Shown in pieces: positions 1-6,460 of a stretch of DNA of 26,241 bases. Position 1 is the first letter of the stretch. Every line of letters starts with the position of its first letter. The notes under the pieces were generated by a model that was not told the origin of the DNA, ran no database searches, and saw nothing but the letters and a program-made list of their open reading frames with translations. The stretch comes from Candidatus Iainarchaeum sp. (GTDB taxonomy: Archaea; Iainarchaeota; Iainarchaeia; Iainarchaeales; 0-14-0-20-30-16), in the NCBI GenBank assembly GCA_028710695.1, contig JAQTTP010000010.1, positions 1 through 26,241 of the forward strand. Direction: 5' to 3'. Position numbers and translations under genes: made by a program.

Positions 1-66
1 AAGCGATGCTGCAAGAAGTACAACTGCACTTAATTGCAAAAGTGTATCTACAATAATAGCGTCCAT
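1..66 (-). CDS. Partial CDS, N-terminus only (runs off left edge); hydrophobic, probable membrane protein
   Basis: The reverse complement of 1..66 reads ATG GAC GCT ATT ATT GTA GAT ACA CTT TTG CAA TTA AGT GCA GTT GTA CTT CTT GCA GCA TCG CTT (MDAIIVDTLLQLSAVVLLAASL) with no stop. GGAG lies just upstream (rc of 70..73). It is absent from the ORF track because it is open-ended. Only 22 codons are visible. Confidence 0.3.
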   Translation of the reverse strand, partial: MDAIIVDTLLQLSAVVLLAASL

Positions 67-97
67 ATTCTCCTTTATTTATAAGGCTTATTTGTTT

Positions 98-1180
98 TTA
101 ATACTTGTTGTAAATCCTGTTCAGAACTATTTCATTCAACCTATTTAATCTGTCGATAATCATCTTTGTAGTTTTTACTGGAATTGCGGCATCAGATGCC
201 AAGTCTTCTGGCTTTGTAATCATTATTTCAAATAGATTATTCTTAGTTTCAACAACCTTTTCAATAATTGTTGAGGATAACTTTGGAATCTTTGACAATG
301 CCCTATATCCTCTTGGGGAGATTATTTCGTTCTTTTCTGTTTCATTATATCCAAGTAGGCTTAATAGCTCTTCTTTTGATGGCACTTCCGTAAGATTTAC
401 TAGGCTTTGTGTCATTTCTTCAAAGGTAATATCTCTTTTCTCTTTGTGGCAATAATCATAAATAATAAGTTCAAGTTCTCTGTCAAGGCCGTCAGTATAT
501 TCTGATAGCATGTCTTTTCTATCTTTACCTTCTTTCCCAAGTTCAATAATTGCTTTTTCTGCATTCCTTTTTTGAATTAGGGTTCCAATTATTTTTTGGA
601 TTATATTTGTTACATCTGTTAAGCTTACATTGTTTGTAAATTCATAATATGTTAATTCATTTAATGCAACTTCAATCTGAGTTCTAGTGTTATAAAGACT
701 CCTTAAGTTCTGATCAACGCTTGCCAAAACAAATTGTACTGGCTTTAACATGAATTCTTGTTCCTTGAAGAACAAGGTAATATTTTTTCTTCTTTTTGAA
801 ATTGCAACTACTGGCAGATTTGTTTGCTTTGCTGTCTGCTCCGCAGATCTGTGCCTAATTCCTGTTTGCTTTGAAGAAATATCTTTGTCTGGCATTAGAT
901 GGGCATTAGCATAGATTATTTGTTTTAAGTCATTACTTATTATAATTGCTCCATCCATCTTTGAAAGTTCGAATAAATTATTTGGAGTAAGTGGGACGTC
1001 TAAACGAAATCCACCCCTGATTATACATTCTAAAATTAAATTTCTGCCTACAACAATTAATGCACCGATGTCTCCTTTTAAAATTTCATCTAGTCCTGCC
1101 CTTAGAGGAGTCCCTGGCGAAACAAGTGGAATAATTTCATCAACGCTTTTGTATTCCTGCATTTTCTTTTCTTCTGTCAT
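98..1180 (-). CDS. disA: DisA-type diadenylate cyclase (DNA integrity scanning protein-like: DAC domain, helical linker, HhH-like C-terminus)
   Basis: DAC signatures are present in the translation: KMDGAIIISND and QTGIRHRSAEQTAKQT (DGA / RHR motifs). A long helical linker follows, then a C-terminal segment PEDLASDAAIPVKTTKMIIDRLNRL that resembles a helix-hairpin-helix. The size (about 360 aa) fits DisA. ATG at 1180 (MTEEKK) is preferred; the track start at 1189 is GTG. Confidence 0.8.
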   Translation of the reverse strand: MTEEKKMQEYKSVDEIIPLVSPGTPLRAGLDEILKGDIGALIVVGRNLILECIIRGGFRLDVPLTPNNLFELSKMDGAIIISNDLKQIIYANAHLMPDKDISSKQTGIRHRSAEQTAKQTNLPVVAISKRRKNITLFFKEQEFMLKPVQFVLASVDQNLRSLYNTRTQIEVALNELTYYEFTNNVSLTDVTNIIQKIIGTLIQKRNAEKAIIELGKEGKDRKDMLSEYTDGLDRELELIIYDYCHKEKRDITFEEMTQSLVNLTEVPSKEELLSLLGYNETEKNEIISPRGYRALSKIPKLSSTIIEKVVETKNNLFEIMITKPEDLASDAAIPVKTTKMIIDRLNRLNEIVLNRIYNKY

Positions 1181-1199
1181 AAAAACCACTTGAGTTATG

Positions 1200-2045
1200 T
1201 TATTTCATGTTGTCTAACGGGCTTCTTACTTTTTTGAGCTCATCAGTTGTAACCTTTGTATAAATTTGAGTTGTAGATAAATTAGAATGTCCTAAAAGCT
1301 CTTGGATTTTTCTAATATTTTCCCCCGCATCTAACAAATGTGTTGCAAAAGAATGCCTTAAAGTATGAGGTGTTACTTTTTTATTAATCTTTGCCTTGTC
1401 TGCATAATTTTTTATCATCTTTTGAATTGTGTCCGAACTATAATTTGTTCCATTTTTTTTGCAGAAAACATATTCTGAATCCGTCTTCTTAAAAAACTTG
1501 GTTGCAAATACTTGGTACTCTATGAGCCATTTTTTAGACACAATTACAATTCTATCTTTATTGCCTTTTCCACCAGTAATCCGGATTATTGCCTCGCTGA
1601 AGTCTATTGAATTTTTTTTTAGATTGCAAAGTTCTGAGACTCTAAGGCCAGAGCTATAAAGTAGTTCTAATATGAGCTTGTCTTTTTTGTCTTCTATAAC
1701 CTCAAAAAGTCTTTTTACTTCGTCTTTTGTCAAAACGGTTGGAAGATACTTTTCCTTTTTTGGAGTTCTGATATTTTCCATTAGATGTAGCTTTTTGTAG
1801 TTATCAAAATAGTATTTTATACTGGCATAAATTGCATTAAGGGAGGTATTTCTTATTCCCGCATCTTTTTTATGTGAAAGGTAGGATGTAATATCCTCTG
1901 TAGTTATTGTATTAAGATCTTTGTTTATGAACTTAAGGAGGTCATTGAGATACAACAAGTATTGGCTTTGGGTTTTGTCGCTATAACCAGAAATGTTTAG
2001 ATGGTTTTTGTAGTTAGCTATTTCAGCAGAGTTATTAGAATCCAT
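1200..2045 (-). CDS. xerA: XerA/XerCD-family tyrosine site-specific recombinase
   Basis: 281 aa. The N-terminal core-binding segment is YKNHLNISGYSDKTQSQYLLYLNDLL. Catalytic contexts are SGLRVSELCNL (Arg), HTLRHSFATHLL (H-x-x-R) and LLGHSNLSTTQIYTKV (His and the Tyr nucleophile). ATG start at 2045. Confidence 0.85.
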   Translation of the reverse strand: MDSNNSAEIANYKNHLNISGYSDKTQSQYLLYLNDLLKFINKDLNTITTEDITSYLSHKKDAGIRNTSLNAIYASIKYYFDNYKKLHLMENIRTPKKEKYLPTVLTKDEVKRLFEVIEDKKDKLILELLYSSGLRVSELCNLKKNSIDFSEAIIRITGGKGNKDRIVIVSKKWLIEYQVFATKFFKKTDSEYVFCKKNGTNYSSDTIQKMIKNYADKAKINKKVTPHTLRHSFATHLLDAGENIRKIQELLGHSNLSTTQIYTKVTTDELKKVRSPLDNMK

Positions 2046-2095
2046 ATATTATAGATACGTTTTCGATATATTAATGTTTCCAAAAATCGGCCTAA

Positions 2096-2118
2096 CTTGT
2101 TGATGTATACATAACAAG
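2096..2118 (-). terminator. Imperfect 23-nt palindrome (CTTGTTGATGTATACATAACAAG) followed on the minus strand by GGCCGATTTTT; probable terminator of the 174-aa gene, just upstream of the xerA promoter
   Basis: The arms CTTGTT(G)ATGTA / TACATAACAAG pair with one bulged G, and the central ATGTATACAT is a perfect palindrome. It starts 2 nt after the stop codon at 2120..2122. A T-run lies downstream on the minus strand. Confidence 0.35.
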
Positions 2119-2119
2119 A

Positions 2120-2644
2120 TTATTCAGAAAGCCAAGCAATTATTCCTTGGATCCGCAATGCTCTTTCTGGATTAGTCCTTAATATCCTTGTACCATACTC
2201 ATCCAAGGTCTTAAGAATTTGTTCTTTAGTTTTTGATCTATGGAATTGAAATTCAACTCTTTTAAATATTTCCCAGCAATCCCTATCTGAAAGAATAGCT
2301 GTTAATGATTCCATATGTTCTCTTTCAGAATCCATTAATCTCATTAAATTTCTCGAATGTTCATCCTCAGATTCCCTGAGGTCTTTATGATATTCTGGAT
2401 CTTGAAATTGTGGATTTCTCTTTTGAGTTAATACTGACAGTAAGGTATTAATCGTCTTGCTTCTATCATCTAGTATCTGGTCTCTTTTGGCTTGTCTTAA
2501 TGCTCTTTCCCTTTGCGCCCTTTCTACTAAAAATCTTATGTCTTTTGTCCTTCTTTCTTCACGCTCACGGGCAAACTTAAATAGTGGTAGATCATCAACA
2601 CCCTTGTTTCCTTTTTTTCGTTCAGGAGGTTTTCTTTCAGCCAT
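2120..2644 (-). CDS. Hypothetical protein, highly charged Arg/Glu-rich, predicted helical
   Basis: Clean ATG ORF of 174 aa, with a TTTAAAAT box about 24 nt upstream of the ATG. The sequence is unusually Arg-rich for this Lys-biased genome (RERALRQAKRDQ, REREERRTKDIRF). No motif was recognised. Confidence 0.6.
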   Translation of the reverse strand: MAERKPPERKKGNKGVDDLPLFKFAREREERRTKDIRFLVERAQRERALRQAKRDQILDDRSKTINTLLSVLTQKRNPQFQDPEYHKDLRESEDEHSRNLMRLMDSEREHMESLTAILSDRDCWEIFKRVEFQFHRSKTKEQILKTLDEYGTRILRTNPERALRIQGIIAWLSE

Positions 2645-2736
2645 ATTTTATATTTGGTTTCAAATTTTAAATACCTTGCTGTTTTATACATAATAGCAAA
2701 AGGTAACTAGTAATTGGGGTCTAAAAAATCAAGAAT

Positions 2737-2758
2737 CGGCATAATGTACCTTATGCCG
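2737..2758 (-). terminator. Perfect 8-bp stem hairpin (CGGCATAA-6 nt-TTATGCCG) followed on the minus strand by ATTCTTGATTTTTT; a terminator or the 3' end of a small RNA
   Basis: The inverted repeat was read directly at 2737..2744 / 2751..2758. An oligo-T run lies downstream on the minus strand (rc of 2722..2730). It sits in a 247-bp spacer between two minus-strand genes. Confidence 0.3.
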
Positions 2759-2891
2759 CAAATCAGCGAAGGAAATTAAGGTGCGGATGCTTTGTCAATA
2801 GAAAAAGAGTATAAAAAATCAAAAATATGCAAATACTGTAAAGTTATGTAGAATGTGTTACTGGTTTGGTGGTGTTGGGTTTGAAGAGTAG

Positions 2892-3248
2892 TTATCTTAC
2901 TACTCTAATTACCATATCCTTTTTGTATTCTTTTTGTACGAACTTATAATCGCCGTAATGCTCGTAAATTATTAGTCTTGCAGGGTAGTCCCTTGCAGTA
3001 GTTGTTGGCTTAGTAAAAATTTGGAAATAAAATGTTTTTGACTCGCCCGGAGCCATTTCCCCTATAGTTCTTTCTAATTTATTGTTCATTCCTGTACTTT
3101 CAACAGCCAAATCCTTAGCAACCATAAAAGCCAAAGTTAAAAGTTTCTTTTCCTCATCTTTATTCTCTAAAATAAGTTTCAATTCTTGTGGTTTTTTTGT
3201 TCCAAGTTTTATGTTAAATGGTATCAAAACACTTTTTATTGCTAACAT
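2892..3248 (-). CDS. Hypothetical protein, small beta-rich (possibly Ig/CARDB-like sandwich), no signal peptide
   Basis: ATG ORF of 118 aa with an alternating hydrophobic pattern typical of beta strands (KTFYFQIFTKP, ARLIIYEHYGDYKF). No catalytic motif was recognised. Confidence 0.55.
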   Translation of the reverse strand: MLAIKSVLIPFNIKLGTKKPQELKLILENKDEEKKLLTLAFMVAKDLAVESTGMNNKLERTIGEMAPGESKTFYFQIFTKPTTTARDYPARLIIYEHYGDYKFVQKEYKKDMVIRVVR

Positions 3249-3339
3249 TAATCATCACCCTTTAAATCAATCCTTCACTTTATAACTCTTATAATATACA
3301 CAGTAATGTAATATATATTCTTATCATATAAAATAGTTT

Positions 3340-4176
3340 ATGCTTAAAAAGTTTTTCATTTTTTCAAAAGAAGATTGTTTTAGCGAGAGAGTATTCAATG
3401 AGTTAAAAAATGAATTCACGCCAGAGCTAGAATTAGTTGAAAAAAGCAAAGATTATTCACTATTTTCTCTAAATAATAGTACAGAATTTATTTATTTTGA
3501 TGAAATGCATCTTAATTTGGACTCTTCCAAGCACAAAATTCTAAATCAAGAAAATGCAGTTTATTTTTTTATTTCTAAGCACAAATCAAAGGACGGGCCA
3601 GGATATTTTACAGTTCACTTTACTGGTTGCTATCTAAAAGCAGATTTTGGAGGTAAAGACAATACTCTATCTCTTGCACTTTCTGAGCTCAAAGATCTAT
3701 TCTTTGAAAACTATAACAAAAACATAAAACACTTTATGGAAGTTACTCACCATGGCCCGCTTTTTTTGAGACCACACATGTATATTGAAGTTGGACCAGA
3801 TGATGCAAGTTGGGCTAATCCTGATTTGCTTAAAGCATATATATCTTGGATCAAGCCTCTATTTACTAAAGAATTAGAGTTACAAAATAAGCAGGGGGCA
3901 GTTCTAATTGGTGGCTCACATTACTTTGATTTTGAAGAAATAAAAAAGATAGAAGAAAAGGCAAAAGCAGGCATAGGGCACATAATTCCAAAATATATTT
4001 TGACTCAAATGGAAGACAATGGCCTGCTGAAGAAAACAATTCAAGAAGCAATAACAAAGACTCTAAACTGTAAGAAAATAGTAATAAATAAGAGTTATGT
4101 AGCAAAGTACTCTGCTTTGCTAGCCGTAGTCTCAGAAATAAATAAAGATGGGCGGTACGAAATAATAACTTTATAG
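3340..4176 (+). CDS. dtdA: D-aminoacyl-tRNA deacylase, archaeal DTD2 type
   Basis: 278 aa with the MEVTHHGP motif. The length and organisation are typical of the archaeal tRNA_deacylase family. An ATATATAT box lies about 25 nt upstream of the ATG, consistent with a leaderless transcript. Confidence 0.75.
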   Translation: MLKKFFIFSKEDCFSERVFNELKNEFTPELELVEKSKDYSLFSLNNSTEFIYFDEMHLNLDSSKHKILNQENAVYFFISKHKSKDGPGYFTVHFTGCYLKADFGGKDNTLSLALSELKDLFFENYNKNIKHFMEVTHHGPLFLRPHMYIEVGPDDASWANPDLLKAYISWIKPLFTKELELQNKQGAVLIGGSHYFDFEEIKKIEEKAKAGIGHIIPKYILTQMEDNGLLKKTIQEAITKTLNCKKIVINKSYVAKYSALLAVVSEINKDGRYEIITL

Positions 4177-4773
4177 TTTTGTAGCCTGAAGATAATCATC
4201 TTTGTAATTTATCTCATATTCTCTTATATTTTGTCCAAGATCTTGGCGTATTATCTCTTTGAATCCATTAGTTGTTTCTTTTAAAATATTATCTGCAAAG
4301 ATTATTGCCCCGGAATTAAGATTTTTATTAAATCCCTTGTAGTATACGGTATATTGGCTTTTGTTTGCATCCATAAATATGAAGTCAATTTTTTCTGCAT
4401 AAGATTCCATTGAGTTGAGGATATTAGCATTAATTATTTTACAATACTTTGATAAACTTGCTTTATCTAAATTAGATTTTGCAATCTCACATTTTTCTTG
4501 CATTACTTCAATTGATTCTACAAAAGCTTTTACTTTCTTGGCCGCATCTACTAAAAAGAGAGTACTATAACCTACGGAGGTACCGAGCTCTAATATCTTT
4601 TTAGGTTTTAATTGAATAATAAGATTATGTAGAAGAAGCCCTTTTTCAAAAGAAATTCTCCAAAGCTTTATTACTTCTTTTCGGCCTTTACTTTGGATGT
4701 AAAAACGCTCTCCTTTTTTCTCAATTTCTTTAAGTACAAGGGTGGTTTTCTTGTCAAGTTTATCTGTTTGCAT
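4171..4773 (-). CDS. Class I SAM-dependent O-methyltransferase (family 3, COMT/YrrM-like)
   Basis: SAM motif I is ILELGTSVGYSTLFL, and the downstream motif is FIFMDANKSQY (D-A-x-K-x-x-Y). GGTGG lies upstream of the ATG, 20 nt after the gatD stop, so the two genes are probably co-transcribed. The 3' end overlaps the dtdA 3' end by 6 nt. Confidence 0.75.
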   Translation of the reverse strand: MQTDKLDKKTTLVLKEIEKKGERFYIQSKGRKEVIKLWRISFEKGLLLHNLIIQLKPKKILELGTSVGYSTLFLVDAAKKVKAFVESIEVMQEKCEIAKSNLDKASLSKYCKIINANILNSMESYAEKIDFIFMDANKSQYTVYYKGFNKNLNSGAIIFADNILKETTNGFKEIIRQDLGQNIREYEINYKDDYLQATKL

Positions 4774-4793
4774 GTTTGTCCACCTATTTTGCT

Positions 4794-6062
4794 TTATTCA
4801 GTTCTAGAACCCACATCCAAAGCTTTGGGGGCAGTCATTTCCCTAATTATGTCCTCTTTCTTTGAGTATTTTCCAAGAATGTATTTTGCTTTCATAACTG
4901 CTGCCTCAGTAGTCATATCTTCCAGCCCAATAACACCTGCATCTTTGATCTGCCTCAGCCTAGAATAAACATTTTGATTAACCCGTCCGTAAATAGTCTG
5001 GGTTGTCATAAAGAAAAGCACATCTTTAGCTTTTGTAATTTGAGGTATAAAGTCACCAGACACATGCCCTAATCCTGTGCCTTCAAGAATGATTACTTTA
5101 TATCCTTCTTTCTTTAAATAATCAATTATCTTTGGGTCTTGGCTTGGAAAAAATTTTAACAAGTAAACATCATTACTTAGTTTCCCTGGCTTCTCTAATT
5201 TTCCAGAAGAAATCAATTTATAAGAATCGGAAAATTTAACTTTTGCTTTTGATATATCTCTTAAATCAAAAACAACTTTTGCAACGGGTTCAATATTTAT
5301 TGATCTGAAAGCATCTCTTCTTGAACTATGCATTTTTCTTGCTCTGGTACCTGCAATTATATCTATTTCTGTGTCGCCCGAGGATGAGTGCATAGATACA
5401 AACACACCACCCTTTTTACTTTCAGTTATGAACTTAACTGCGCCAAGTAAGTTGTAAGTTGTATCTGCAGAAGGCCTATCACTAGATCTCTGAGAGCCCA
5501 CAACAACAACTGGGATATTAACCCCCTCCAACATATAACTTAAAACTGCTGAAGTATAATGTAATACATCAGTTCCGTGTGTCAAAATAATTCCATCATA
5601 ATCTTTATGTTTTGTGTAAATTAACTGTGCAACCTCTTCCCAATTTTTATTCTTTAAATCTTCACTCATTATCTGTCCATAAGTATGAGTTTCAATATTA
5701 GCCAGAGTTTTTAATTCCGGAATAAGATTCAGAAGATCTTCTGAAGAAAATTTAGCGCTTACCGCACCAGTGTTATAATCGATCTTTGATGCTATAGTTC
5801 CACCAATCGTGCAAATCAAAATTTTCTTTTTGCTACTATCTTGTTTGACTATTTTTTCCTTAACTATCTCTACTTGTTCTATTTTTTCCTTTACTTCTTT
5901 TATAGAGATTATATTTTCTTTAAGTATTCCCACATTATATCCACTTTTTTGCTTTATGATATATACTTTTTCTGTAGAGGATGGCAATACAACCCCTCTA
6001 ATTTTGTCTTCTTTTAAAGCATTTTTAAAATCAATTTCTACAGTCTTCCCAATGTAATTCAT
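4794..6062 (-). CDS. gatD: Glutamyl-tRNA(Gln) amidotransferase subunit D (asparaginase-like)
   Basis: The asparaginase-type core is present (CTIGGTIASK, ILTHGTDVLHYTSA), preceded by the GatD-specific N-terminal domain. ATG at 6062 (MNYIGK) follows GGTGA; the track start at 6083 is GTG. 422 aa from the ATG. Confidence 0.9.
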   Translation of the reverse strand: MNYIGKTVEIDFKNALKEDKIRGVVLPSSTEKVYIIKQKSGYNVGILKENIISIKEVKEKIEQVEIVKEKIVKQDSSKKKILICTIGGTIASKIDYNTGAVSAKFSSEDLLNLIPELKTLANIETHTYGQIMSEDLKNKNWEEVAQLIYTKHKDYDGIILTHGTDVLHYTSAVLSYMLEGVNIPVVVVGSQRSSDRPSADTTYNLLGAVKFITESKKGGVFVSMHSSSGDTEIDIIAGTRARKMHSSRRDAFRSINIEPVAKVVFDLRDISKAKVKFSDSYKLISSGKLEKPGKLSNDVYLLKFFPSQDPKIIDYLKKEGYKVIILEGTGLGHVSGDFIPQITKAKDVLFFMTTQTIYGRVNQNVYSRLRQIKDAGVIGLEDMTTEAAVMKAKYILGKYSKKEDIIREMTAPKALDVGSRTE

Positions 6063-6139
6063 TATCTCACCGTTATAAAGCACAAATAAGTAAGTTATAT
6101 ATAGAATGTATTTGTTATATTTATTAATAGGTGTTGTTG

Positions 6140-6460
6140 ATGGATAAAGAGCTCATTCTTCGGTGTAAAAAGTATTTAGCGCTTTCAAAAAAGGCATTAA
6201 AACTTGCAAAGATTTCTGTTGCAAAAACAGGATCTCTGTACAAGGTTGCAGAGGACTTTCAGAATATGGCAAAGAACTATATCTCTGATGGAGAATACCA
6301 ACTTAAAATTGGAAACTATGATATTGCTTTAGCATCCTTTTCCTATGCTCACGCGTGGCTTGATGCCGGTGCAAGGCTGGGAATTTTTGAAGTTAACGGC
6401 AACACTAAACTCTTTACTCTCTATAGAGAGGTTACCGGGCGAGGGAGTGTGAAAAAATGA
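6140..6460 (+). CDS. DUF357-like small archaeal protein
   Basis: About 106 aa, helical, with the segment SFSYAHAWLDAGARLGIF characteristic of DUF357 as I remember it. ATG at 6140 (the track start at 6131 is GTG). Its stop overlaps the next gene's start (ATGA at 6457..6460). Confidence 0.6.
   Translation: MDKELILRCKKYLALSKKALKLAKISVAKTGSLYKVAEDFQNMAKNYISDGEYQLKIGNYDIALASFSYAHAWLDAGARLGIFEVNGNTKLFTLYREVTGRGSVKK

Noticed and set aside
1459-1659. Short antisense or overlapping track ORFs inside well-supported genes (for example 1459..1659, 2457..2693, 3082..3285, 3866..4105, 4693..4968, 5809..6057, 6650..6859, 7676..7993, 8378..8608, 9307..9492, 10147..10552, 10581..11290, 13488..13670, 14081..14380, 14692..14889, 15441..15749, 16431..16619, 18880..19352, 21851..22309, 22735..22959, 23744..24014)
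   Set aside because: Each lies within and opposite to, or out of frame with, a longer ORF that has recognisable motifs or a coherent architecture. Their products are low-complexity, as expected by chance in AT-rich DNA.
1200-3248. xerA plus the two adjacent orphans as a small integrated element
   Set aside because: The recombinase has the size and N-terminal core-binding domain of chromosomal Xer proteins. No flanking direct repeats or tRNA target were seen. The idea is kept only as a remark, because the 174-aa orphan is compositionally odd (Arg-rich).
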